From contig CAVPQB010000006.1 in assembly GCA_963707505.1 (NCBI GenBank), positions 416,001 through 480,000 on the forward strand: a stretch of DNA of 64,000 bases. Direction: 5' to 3'. The notes under the pieces were generated by a model. It saw only the letters and a list, made by a program, of their open reading frames with translations. It had not been told where the DNA came from and made no database searches. How positions within the stretch are numbered: the first letter of the stretch is position 1; every line of letters begins with the position of its first letter. The DNA comes from an uncultured Gemmatimonadales bacterium. Its GTDB lineage: Bacteria; Gemmatimonadota; Gemmatimonadetes; Gemmatimonadales; Gemmatimonadaceae. Made by a program: the position numbers and the translations under genes. This document shows, piece after piece, positions 38,921-48,429 of this stretch.

Positions 38921-41092
38921 TCACATCGCCTGCGCGATCGCCTGAAAGCGTGGGGTCGTGCGTATCGAGTCGAGATCGCTGTCGTGCTCGATCCACTCCT
39001 TGTGACCGAACCCTCTGTCGACTGCCGTCTCGAGACTCGCTAGCGCTTCGTCCGGCATACCGATCAGGGAGTAAGCACAGGCAATGTTGTAAAGCATCCC
39101 TGAATCGTCAGGATCGATGGCCAGGGAGCGGCGGATGTATTCTACTGTCTGCTCCCGGTCACCCATCCGTGCCAGCGTGGTTGCACCCAGATTCGTCGCT
39201 CTGGCATCGTCGGGGTTGAGCTCCAGTCTTTCGTCAATGAGCTTGAGCGACAGCCGGCGCGCTGCCTCCGCCTCCGCCGCGAGGCCCATATCATCAAGAA
39301 CATTGGCGAGGAAGTTCGGCGCCTGGAAATCTTCCGGTCTCAGCAGCGAAGCCCGCTCGAACATCTTCGCCGCCTCTGCATTACGGCCCTGCGACTTGAG
39401 TCCGCGGCCGTAGAAATATGCTGCCTCGAACAGCTTCGGATTCAGCCGCAATGCAGTCTCGAATTCCTGATCGGCTTCCGCGAACTGCTTGGTGAGCGAG
39501 ACAGCTATGCCGCGCGCCACGTGCGCCTCTGCGAGATCGGGCTCCAGTTCCAGCGCACGCCTGCTGGCAATATCCGCCTGACGCAGATTGAACTCGCGCG
39601 CGTCCCAGTACGTGTAAAGCGACGAGCATGCATCGGCAATTCCAGCGTGCGCCAGGGCATACTCGGGATCGATCTCGACAGCACGATTGTACATCTGCCG
39701 GGCGTACTCCACGCTCTTGCGTCGCCACTGATGGAAATATTGCTGGCCACGAAGGAAGAAATCGTACGCCTGTACGTTGACGACGCGCGCCTTCTCGATC
39801 GCCTTCTTTTCGCCCTCGGTGAGAATCACGCGAAGCGCTTTCACGATCGCCTGCGAGATGTCGTCCTGAATCGCGAATACATCCTCCAGCTCGCGGTCGT
39901 ACCGCTCCGACCAGAGATGATATCCGTCGGCGACGTTCACCAGCTGCGCGGTGATGCGGAGCTTGTTCCCCATCTTGCGCACGCTGCCCTCGAGCACGGT
40001 CGACACCTTGAGCTTGCGGCCGATGTCGCCGATGTCCTCGTTCTTTCCCTTGAATGCGAATGACGACGTGCGCGAGGCAACGCGCAGCGACTGGATCTTC
40101 GTCAGCGCATTGATGATCTCTTCCGCCATTCCGTCGGTGAAGTACTCGTTGTCCGCGTCGGCGCTCATGTTCGCGAACGGCAGCACCGCGACCGACTTTG
40201 CCGCGGACACAGCCTGTTGCGGCATCGTCAGCGTGTCCGACGGAGTGACGAGATTGCTGGAGGTCAGCGCCTGTGCGAACAGCGCAGCGGTCTTGTAACG
40301 ATCACCTGCGTCGGTCGACATCGCCTTCACCAGCGCATGCTCGACGTTCTCCGGTACACTCGATCGGATTTCGCGAATCCGCTTTGGAACTTCCGTGAAT
40401 CGCTTTGCGAGAATCGCCTGCGCAGTCGTACCGGTGAACGGCCGCTGGCCAGACAGCATCTCGTACAGCATGCACGCAAGACTGTACTGATCGCTGCGTC
40501 CGTCGAGTTGCGCTTCACCTGCGGCCTGTTCCGGACTCACGTACGCAGGAGTGCCGACCATCATCCCGGTCTGCGTCAGCATCGCCGTCTGATTGCCCGC
40601 AGCGCTAACAGCCTTGGCGATTCCGAAGTCCATCACCATCGGCTCGCCCTCGTACAGCATCACGTTCTCGGGCTTGATGTCGCGGTGCACGACGTTCTGC
40701 CGGTGCGCATAGTCGAGCGCCGACGCAACCGCGAGCGCATGGTGAATCGCCTCGTCGATCGGCAGCTGTTGTTGACGGTCGAGCCGTTCTCGCAGCGACT
40801 CGCCCTCGACGTACGGCATCACGTAATAGAGCAGGCCCTCGATCTCACCCGAGTCGAACAGCGGCAGGATATGCGGGTGGTTGAGCCGAGCGGCGACGCG
40901 GATCTCGCGGAGGAATCGATCGGGACCGAGCGAGGCAGCGAGCTCCGGATGCAGCACCTTGAGCGCGACGACGCGCTCGTGCTTGGAGTCCTGCGCGAGA
41001 TAAACCGTCGCCATCCCGCCGCGACCGAGCTCCCGATCCACCGTGTAGGTCGGGGCGAGGATGTCGCGGATACGCTCGATTGGCGGCGTCAT
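38921..41092 (-). CDS. Ser/Thr protein kinase with TolB-like and TPR domains
   Basis: GRGGMATV, HRDIKPEN, DFG, SVAVLPFANMS, TPR repeats. Confidence 0.92.
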   Translation of the reverse strand: MTPPIERIRDILAPTYTVDRELGRGGMATVYLAQDSKHERVVALKVLHPELAASLGPDRFLREIRVAARLNHPHILPLFDSGEIEGLLYYVMPYVEGESLRERLDRQQQLPIDEAIHHALAVASALDYAHRQNVVHRDIKPENVMLYEGEPMVMDFGIAKAVSAAGNQTAMLTQTGMMVGTPAYVSPEQAAGEAQLDGRSDQYSLACMLYEMLSGQRPFTGTTAQAILAKRFTEVPKRIREIRSSVPENVEHALVKAMSTDAGDRYKTAALFAQALTSSNLVTPSDTLTMPQQAVSAAKSVAVLPFANMSADADNEYFTDGMAEEIINALTKIQSLRVASRTSSFAFKGKNEDIGDIGRKLKVSTVLEGSVRKMGNKLRITAQLVNVADGYHLWSERYDRELEDVFAIQDDISQAIVKALRVILTEGEKKAIEKARVVNVQAYDFFLRGQQYFHQWRRKSVEYARQMYNRAVEIDPEYALAHAGIADACSSLYTYWDAREFNLRQADIASRRALELEPDLAEAHVARGIAVSLTKQFAEADQEFETALRLNPKLFEAAYFYGRGLKSQGRNAEAAKMFERASLLRPEDFQAPNFLANVLDDMGLAAEAEAARRLSLKLIDERLELNPDDARATNLGATTLARMGDREQTVEYIRRSLAIDPDDSGMLYNIACAYSLIGMPDEALASLETAVDRGFGHKEWIEHDSDLDSIRTTPRFQAIAQAM

Positions 41093-41240
41093 GCGGTTTT
41101 GATCCGGGAGTCAGAGACCTTCACCAACCCATCAACATCGACTACCCGTAAACAATTGTATTGACAACGTCACGGAATTTCGTACTTTCGCTGGCCGACC
41201 TGAAATCTTACCGATTCCCCGCCCACCCCGGAAGGTCAAA

Positions 41241-42719
41241 TTGAATCACCGTTACCGTGTCATCGCCGCCATCACCGGAGCAGTCGCGTTCGTGGCGTGC
41301 TCCCCGGACAGCCCCAATCCGGTCGCCCCCACCGTAAGCGCGTCGCGTGACATACTCAGCGCGCCAGCACCCACCAATGGTCGCTACATCCTGTCCAGCG
41401 CCGCGGGTTTCGGAAGTGATCTCGCGGGTCAGATCGCGAAGCTCGGCGGCAAGCTCGAGCGCGTGCATACCGGCGCCGGATTCGCGGTGGTGAGCAACAT
41501 CAGCGACGCCAACGCCGCGCAGCTGACCAGCCTCAAGGGCGTGGACGATGTCGAGCCGGACATCCAGATCGCCCTCAATCTTCCGGTACCGCGCGTGAGC
41601 GGCACCGTCGGATCTGTCGTCAACGATGCCGCGACGAGTCAGAGCAATCCAGCCGCGGCAGGCCGCTTCTCGTGGCAGTGGAACATGCGCCTCATCGGCG
41701 CAGACAAGGCATGGGCCGCGGGCAAGCTCGGCTCGTCGAGTGTCACTGTCGCGATCATGGATACCGGAATCGACTACGATGCGCCCGATCTGAACGGGCT
41801 CGTCGACCTGTCGCGCTCCACGTCCTTCGTACCGTCCGATGATTCGATCACCGCGCATTTCTTTCCTTCGCGCAATCCGATCTCCGATTACAACGGTCAC
41901 GGCACCAACGTCGCCACGCAGGTGAGCAGCAAGGCAGTCGCGCTTGCCGGCGTTACGTCCAGGACCACGCTCATCGGCGTGAAGGTGCTCAACGGACTGG
42001 GAGTCGGACCACTCAGCGGAGTTCTCACCGGCGTTCTCTATTCCGCCGATCACGGTGCCAACGTCGGCAATATGAGCCTCGGCGGAAGCTTCGCCAAGCC
42101 GGGCAACCGTCGCTACGTCAACCTGATCCAGCGCGTCTTCAACTACGCCAACAGAAAGGGGATGCTCGTGGTCGTCGCTGCGGGGAATGACGCCGAGGAT
42201 CTGGATCAGAACGGCAACGTGTATGAAGCGTATTGTGATGCACCACATGTGATCTGCGTATCTGCAGTTGGACCCAGAGTCGCCGGCGACGATCCGAACA
42301 CACCTGCGTTCTACACCAACTTCGGTCGCAAGTCGATCGACGTCGCCGCACCCGGCGGTAACGCTGATGCTGCGGATGGTTTCCCGCTATCGAACTGGCC
42401 GTGGGGATCAGACATCGCGTCGTGGGTCTGGTCGTACTGCAGCAAGACGACTCTCGTGTTCGACGCGACGGGTACCCCTCTCGGTTTCGCCGGCTGCCAG
42501 GGCGGGAACCTGCTGACCGGCTTCATCGGAACGAGCCAGGCAACGCCGCACGTCAGCGGACTCGCGGCGCTTCTCTTCGCGCAGAACGCGCACGCTTCTC
42601 CGTCGCGGATAAAGACTCTCATCGAGCAGTCGGCGGTTCAGCTCGGCCAGCACAACAGGGATCAGTACTATGGAAAGGGCCGCATCAGCGTGAGCAACGC
42701 GGTGGGATTGGGAAACTGA
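41241..42719 (+). CDS. S8 subtilisin-family serine protease (lipoprotein)
   Basis: Catalytic DTG, HGT, GTSQATPH and AAGN oxyanion motifs, FVAC lipobox. TTGACA-16-TACTTT upstream at 41161-41188. Confidence 0.9.
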   Translation: MNHRYRVIAAITGAVAFVACSPDSPNPVAPTVSASRDILSAPAPTNGRYILSSAAGFGSDLAGQIAKLGGKLERVHTGAGFAVVSNISDANAAQLTSLKGVDDVEPDIQIALNLPVPRVSGTVGSVVNDAATSQSNPAAAGRFSWQWNMRLIGADKAWAAGKLGSSSVTVAIMDTGIDYDAPDLNGLVDLSRSTSFVPSDDSITAHFFPSRNPISDYNGHGTNVATQVSSKAVALAGVTSRTTLIGVKVLNGLGVGPLSGVLTGVLYSADHGANVGNMSLGGSFAKPGNRRYVNLIQRVFNYANRKGMLVVVAAGNDAEDLDQNGNVYEAYCDAPHVICVSAVGPRVAGDDPNTPAFYTNFGRKSIDVAAPGGNADAADGFPLSNWPWGSDIASWVWSYCSKTTLVFDATGTPLGFAGCQGGNLLTGFIGTSQATPHVSGLAALLFAQNAHASPSRIKTLIEQSAVQLGQHNRDQYYGKGRISVSNAVGLGN

Positions 42720-42735
42720 GCATGGGTGGATGAGG

Positions 42736-42770
42736 AGAGCGGGGCGCCGGGTTGGCGCCCCGCTCTTTTT
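42736..42770 (+). terminator. Intrinsic terminator
   Basis: AGAGCGGGGCGCC / GGCGCCCCGCTCT stem plus T run. Confidence 0.8.
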
Positions 42771-42829
42771 GTATTCTGGCGAACGGTATTCGTTATTGCA
42801 CCGCGCGCGTTGTGCGCTCAGTGCATCCG

Positions 42830-43246
42830 CTATTCCTGATTTTTCCGACCGAACGGATCGCCGGCAACTGATTCAGTGTGCAGCGCGCAGCGCCACTCGC
42901 CATCGCGACGAAGCCACACTGACGCGTCGTTCGCCTTGAGCGGAAACGTCTTTCCGTCGAGGATCACAGTTTCGTTCACCGTGTACGCGATGATCGCGAT
43001 GTCATCGGTGACGAAACGCACCTGCATCGTTTTCGGATCGAACTCGAAGTGCGTGAGTTCCCACGCGCCTTCGGTAGTCATCTTCGCCATTGCTTGGGCG
43101 TCGATCGCGGAGACGCCCTGAGCGCCGACGATCATGCAGTTGTCGTCCGTCATGCGGCCGGCGCTGGTTGCGTCCTTGGTTTGCATCGCGGTCCAGAAGG
43201 CAGTCTCAAGCTTCTGAATTTCCTGCTCTCTTGCGTTGGCCGTCAT
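42830..43246 (-). CDS. NTF2-like / DUF4440 protein
   Basis: SnoaL-like pattern ending SVWLRRDGEWRCALHTES. Confidence 0.75.
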   Translation of the reverse strand: MTANAREQEIQKLETAFWTAMQTKDATSAGRMTDDNCMIVGAQGVSAIDAQAMAKMTTEGAWELTHFEFDPKTMQVRFVTDDIAIIAYTVNETVILDGKTFPLKANDASVWLRRDGEWRCALHTESVAGDPFGRKNQE

Positions 43247-43326
43247 GTCGCAGGCTCCGTTGGATGATCCGATGAAGGTTCGGGAAGACTCATGAAAGAA
43301 TCACGCCACCGCCGGTCTTCGAATTA

Positions 43327-43467
43327 TTACAGAGGACTCAATGCGCGGGCGAGTCGGCGCGGGGAGCAGGCCGCGAGTCCGAGAAAGACACCGACGACGA
43401 TCATGGCAACTTCCAGGATCAGCGACGGGATGGATTTGCCGTGGTGCGAATGATGGGTGTCGAGCAT
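43327..43467 (-). pseudogene. 46-aa ORF, probable truncated N-terminus of a membrane-anchored protein
   Basis: MLDTHHSHHGKSIPSLILEVAMIVVGVFLGLAACSPRRLARALSPL, below the ORF-track cutoff. Confidence 0.4.
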
Positions 43468-43509
43468 GAGCGATGGCTCGGTGGGAGGGTGCGCGATACC
43501 GGCGGGATA

Positions 43510-44028
43510 TTATAGCATCTGCGATGAGGACGCGTCGATGGCTCGGTCCAGTTCCGCGCAGACATCGTCATCGAAGCAGACGAAGATCACGTGGTCGGGA
43601 AGTGCATGGCTCGCCAGATATGCTCGTACTGTTTTCACGGCGATGTCTGCAGCTTGCGCGATGGGATAACCGTAGACACCGCAGCTGATCGCCGGAAAGG
43701 CGATCGAGTGCAGTCCGTGCTCTCCGGCGAGCAGCAGCGACGACCTGTACGCGGACGCGAGCAGCTCCGGCTCACCATGCGTACCGCCGCGCCAGATCGG
43801 TCCGACGGTGTGGATCACGTGACGTGCCGGGAGATCGTAGCCGCCAGTGATCTTAGCGTCACCGACAGCGCAGCCCCCGAGCGTTCGGCATTCGGCGAGC
43901 AGCTGCGGGCCTGCGGCGCGATGGATCGCGCCGTCCACGCCACCGCCGCCGAGCAGGGAAGTGTTGGCAGCGTTGACGATCGCATCGACGGAGAGGCGGG
44001 TGATGTCACCGCGAATGAGCTCGATCAT
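43510..44028 (-). CDS. Macrodomain O-acetyl-ADP-ribose deacetylase (YmdB-like)
   Basis: [47 protein letters not shown]. Confidence 0.93.
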   Translation of the reverse strand: MIELIRGDITRLSVDAIVNAANTSLLGGGGVDGAIHRAAGPQLLAECRTLGGCAVGDAKITGGYDLPARHVIHTVGPIWRGGTHGEPELLASAYRSSLLLAGEHGLHSIAFPAISCGVYGYPIAQAADIAVKTVRAYLASHALPDHVIFVCFDDDVCAELDRAIDASSSQML

Positions 44029-44102
44029 GGGTTGGTCAACGGTGTGACTGGGCGACTGCGTCGACCGGACCGATGCAGCTTCGTTCTGTCATCTGCCGAA
44101 CG

Positions 44103-44645
44103 TTACCCGATATTTTTTGCAAGGACAACGAATACCAGCTCGGAAGTCCTCGGCAACCCGAAGCGCTCGTCGGTGAGCGGAAAGGGCCGTTCCTCACCGG
44201 TCTCCGAATAGCCGCGGCGATTGTAGTAAGCGATGAGCTCGGCGCGCTGCTTGATGACGGTCATCTCGATCATGTGCGCGCCAAAGTACGTCGCCGCAGC
44301 ATGCTCGGCGGCTGTAATGAGTTGTTTGCCGAGACCGGTCGCCTGTCGTCGCGGATCCACGGAAAGGAGACCGAGATAGGATGTGCCGTTTTCCTTTCTG
44401 GCGATCTGTACGCAGCCGATGATGTCGGATCCGTCGAGAGCGATGAGGATTCGCTGGTCGGGGTCGTCGATGATTTCGGTGAGAGATTCGGGATCGGTGC
44501 GTTGGCCGTCGAGGAGATCGGCTTCGTGCGTCCAGCCGACGCGGGCGGAGTCGCCGCGGTAGGCACTCTCGATCAATGCGTGGAGGGCGGGAATGTCTGC
44601 GCGCGAGGCAGGACGTATTGTGGGCGGGGTTTTCGTGGTGAGCAT
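44103..44645 (-). CDS. GNAT-family N-acetyltransferase
   Basis: AYRG..GWT.EA, V.P..Q..GLGK, YY.RRGY. Confidence 0.88.
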   Translation of the reverse strand: MLTTKTPPTIRPASRADIPALHALIESAYRGDSARVGWTHEADLLDGQRTDPESLTEIIDDPDQRILIALDGSDIIGCVQIARKENGTSYLGLLSVDPRRQATGLGKQLITAAEHAAATYFGAHMIEMTVIKQRAELIAYYNRRGYSETGEERPFPLTDERFGLPRTSELVFVVLAKNIG

Positions 44646-44731
44646 CAAGACATTTTATCGTGGAGAAGCTGTGTGGAGAAGCTGACGGTTCCAGAGTGGT
44701 CCCGCGCTTGACCAATCGATACCCAACGCGT

Positions 44732-45267
44732 TTATGGCAGGAGTACGGATCGTGACAGATCCGGAATCACCTCTGTGATGGGAATACGTCGCTGCAGCAT
44801 GCTCAGCATGTCACGCGTGAGGGCGAGCTCTTTGGCGATCCGAACATGCGAGCCTGCTCTCAGCTGATTGACGTAGAGTGCCGGGCTCGCGCCCGCGCCA
44901 GTCGCTGAACGCCAGCGCACAGCTTCATAGCCACGCCGAGCCGCTACCGAAGCCATCCGCTGGCACCCCCGTGTCATCCGCCGCAACATCGTTAATCATC
45001 AGTCCCCACGCAGCCAGATTTCCTGCGGTGCGGATGTCGACGACCGCGCTTAAAGTGGATGTCGAGCACGAATACGGAGCGTGGGTGCACCTGTTCGAGT
45101 TCCCCGCCAACTCATTGGAGGCGCCGGCGCAACTCCTCACACGCGGTTTCGGCCGCGCGCGCGACGTAAACGGCACCGTCCTCCGCGGTATTGAACCGGC
45201 CCAGCGCAAACGCCTCCTGCGTGATTTGAGCAGTGCGGCGCAAATCCCGGTCGCTCGGCGTCGTCAC
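44732..45267 (-). pseudogene. Degraded RES-domain protein gene
   Basis: GRFNT..GAVYVA..ETA.EE, then VVDIR, then GYEAVRWRSA. Interrupted by TGA 45112-45114 and frameshifts near 45053 and 44968. Confidence 0.6.
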
Positions 45268-46058
45268 CCTTTACGCAAATAGCTCCCAGCCGCCGCGATA
45301 TCCTTGAAGAACGCCTTCCGCTCCCGCTCACGATCGGCGGCGGTCGGCATGCGCAGCACCGACGACGGATGCACAGTCGCCATTACAGTGAGCTCCTCCA
45401 CGCCCTCCAGCTCCGCGAAAAAATCCTCACTCGGCACTATCGCCTTTCCGCGATCCTTCGTCACACGAAACTTCGGTCCCATCACCGCATGCGCAGCCGT
45501 CGCGCCGAGGCAAACCAGAAGTCGCGGACGCACCACGCGCACTTCAGCCGCAAGCCACGGACGGCATGCGCGCTGCTCGGCGCGATTGGGTGTAGCGTGC
45601 AGCTTGCGCTCCGGCGCGGTCGACTTGGAAGGTGCACCGCGCGCAATCCGCCTGGCCGCGCCTTCCCACTTGAAATGCTTTACCGCGTTGGTGACGTAAA
45701 CCGAGGAGCGGTCGATGCTCGCAGCGTCGAGAGCAGCGTCCAGCAGTCTGCCGGATGGACCAACGAATGGCCGGCCCTCGAGATCTTCTTCGTTGCCCGG
45801 CTGCTCGCCCACGAACATCAGCTCGGCGCTGCGCCTTCCTTCGCCGAAGACTGTCTGCTTGCCTGTTCGCCACAGGTCGCATGCTTTACAACCCGCAGCG
45901 GCCTTGCGTAGTGCGGGTAGTGACAACCGCGGCGGAAAGTACTCCGCGGCGGATGTGAACTCTGATGGAGGCTGCAGCTCGATCGCCGTCTCCGCCGGTA
46001 CGAGCTTTGATTTCACCATACGATCGTTCCATTCAACATCTGCGCCTGAATCCAGCAT
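45264..46058 (-). CDS. UdgX-family (family 4) uracil-DNA glycosylase / uracil-binding protein
   Basis: CxxC, GEQPG..ED..GRPFVG, TNAVKHFK, RKLH loop, LGATA, HPS. Confidence 0.88.
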   Translation of the reverse strand: MLDSGADVEWNDRMVKSKLVPAETAIELQPPSEFTSAAEYFPPRLSLPALRKAAAGCKACDLWRTGKQTVFGEGRRSAELMFVGEQPGNEEDLEGRPFVGPSGRLLDAALDAASIDRSSVYVTNAVKHFKWEGAARRIARGAPSKSTAPERKLHATPNRAEQRACRPWLAAEVRVVRPRLLVCLGATAAHAVMGPKFRVTKDRGKAIVPSEDFFAELEGVEELTVMATVHPSSVLRMPTAADRERERKAFFKDIAAAGSYLRKG

Positions 46059-46104
46059 CGGTGCGTGGTACTGTCCATCAAACGCTCAGGAGGAATGCCC
46101 TCTC

Positions 46105-48064
46105 TCACCCCAGCTCCGCCAATAACTCCCTCAACTCCCCCGCACTCCCCGGCCGCCCGCCCGGCTCCTTATCCAGCAACCGCATCACCAACCCCGACAA
46201 CGGCAACGGCACACTCGCATCCCGCTCCGCCGGCGCCACCGGCACTGTATGCAACACCTTCGCAATCAACGCGATCGGTGACGCGCCCTCGAATGGCAAT
46301 CCACCAGTCAGACATTCATAAAGCACCACACCCACAGCGTACAGATCGCTCCGCGCATCCACTTCCTCGGCGAGCAACTGCTCCGGCGCCATGTACGCCG
46401 GCGTCCCGATCACCATCCCAGCCTGGGTCAGCGTGCTCGTATGCTCCGCCAGACGCGCGATTCCAAAATCCATCACCTTGAGCACGCCGTCCGGATCCAG
46501 CAGCATGTTCTGCGGCTTGATGTCGCGATGGATCACTCCCTGGTCGTGCGCAACCTCCAGCGATGCCGCAAGCTGTTGCGCGATGCCGAGTGTCGACGGC
46601 ACGCTCAGATGCCCGCGCATGTCGATCAGCTCGCGCACCGTGATTCCCTCGACGTACTCCATCGTTACGTAGTACGCGCCGTCGTGCTCGCCGAGATCGT
46701 GCGTGCGCACCACGTTGCGATGCGAGATTCGGCGCGCAAGCCTGATCTCCGTCTTGAATCGCTCGACGACGGTCGGATCGTCACTCATCGCGTTACTGCG
46801 CAACGTCTTGATCGCAACATCCTCGGCGAGCTCGCGATCGCGCGCCTTGTATACCATCCCCATTCCGCCGCGGCCCACCACGCGCGTGATCTGATACCGG
46901 TTCGCGAACAGCTCGCCGGGAATCAGCGCGCCGTCGTCCGGCTCGGACGTGTCGCCGGTCGCGGCTGCTGATCTTTTCGCCTCGTCCATCTCGCGGCGAA
47001 GATTCGTTACGTGGTTCTGCAACCGCTGCTCGCGCGCCTTCACACCAACTGCCATCGAGTCGAACACGCGCGCGAGTCGCCCAAGCGCATCGCCACGCTC
47101 CGCAATCTGCGCCAGCGATCCAGCGGCATATATCCCGCGCTCGACCGCGGTCGCAGCCTCGGCGACTCGCTCCACCTGGCGCAGGTAATCCACTTCCAGA
47201 TTGCGCAGTCTCTTCTTCTCTATGGATGCACCAACGCGCGCGCGCAGAATCACCTGATCGAATGGCTTGGGAAGAAAGTCGTCCGCACCTGCCTCGATGC
47301 AAGCCGCGATCGTGGACAGATCATCCGCAGCGGATATCATCACGACCGGAATGTCACGCGTCGCTGGATCCTGCTTGATGCGGCGCAGCACTTCGCGACC
47401 ATCCATTCCCGGCATCCGAACGTCGAGCAGCACCACGTCGCACGCGGCTCGTTGCACGATCTCCAGCGCCAGTCGCGCCATCTCCCGCAGACACAACGGT
47501 ATAACCCTGACGCTCCAGATGCCGCCCGAGCACAGCACGGTTGTTCGGCTCGTCATCCACTATCAGGATCGTTCCGCGTCCGCCCGATGGAACAGCCTCT
47601 GCCGCGGGAGTGTCACGCTGCGGCGCTGCAACGGGCTCGATCGACGCGACACGCTTCGCCGCGACGAGCTGCTCGGTCGCGTTACGGATCCTCCGCACGT
47701 CCGCCGAAAATTCCTCGTCGATCGTCGCACGATCCTGCGGAGCAAGCAGCGCGGCCATCGATTCCATAATTCGGGCGTGCGGCGCGCGCAGCCTGTCGTA
47801 CAACGCATCCACGTCCCGCTGTGTAACATCGTGCCCGCCCGGTGTGAGCGACGCGTTGATCATCTCCAGTGCGTCCCGCACTGCACGCAATGACTCCTCC
47901 AGTCTTTCCCTCCGCGCAGTGTTGCCGGGACCTTCTGCGTCCTCGAGCAGGAGCTCACAGTAACCGACTATGTGATTCACCGGCGTGCGCATGTCGTGAC
48001 GCAGTGTCGCCACTTCATCCGCTGACAGCGTGCGCGTAATCTCCTGCTCGCCCACTTCGGTCAC
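46105..48064 (-). CDS. HisKA-like + receiver + Ser/Thr kinase fusion, split by a 1-nt frameshift near 47470
   Basis: RHDMRTPVNHIVGY, ILIVDDE / LLDVRMPGMDG / KP, then GRGGMG, HRDIKPQN, DFG, APE. Removing one G restores DGATALE within the receiver. Confidence 0.8.
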
Positions 48065-48429
48065 GCGCTACCCAGCAGTGTGTTCATCTTGAGGAGCAGC
48101 CGGTCGATCTCGACGGGCTTCGTGTCGTAATCGCTGCACCCGGCATCCATTGCCTTGTCCCGATCTCCGGACATCGCATGCGCGGTGAGCGCAATTATGG
48201 GAATGGTCTGCGTCTCAGGCGCTGCGCGCAGCTGTCGTGTCGCTTCCCAGCCGTCGATCACGGGGAGACTCATGTCCATCAACACGATGTCGTACGAGCC
48301 GTTGCGCGCCATCTCAACGCCCTGCGCTCCGTCCAGTGCCATGTCGACCTCGAACCCCTTCTTCCGAAGACGACGCGACAACATGTCGCGATTCATCTCG
48401 TTGTCTTCCACGAGCAGCACCCTGGCCAT
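48061..48429 (-). CDS. Single-domain response regulator (DivK/CheY-like)
   Basis: VLLVEDN, LMDMSLP..DG, ALTA, TKP. Confidence 0.92.
   Translation of the reverse strand: MARVLLVEDNEMNRDMLSRRLRKKGFEVDMALDGAQGVEMARNGSYDIVLMDMSLPVIDGWEATRQLRAAPETQTIPIIALTAHAMSGDRDKAMDAGCSDYDTKPVEIDRLLLKMNTLLGSA

Noticed and set aside
45112..45114. Selenocysteine or recoded TGA in the RES-like gene
   Set aside because: Two further frameshifts indicate decay, and TGA is used as a normal stop throughout the window.
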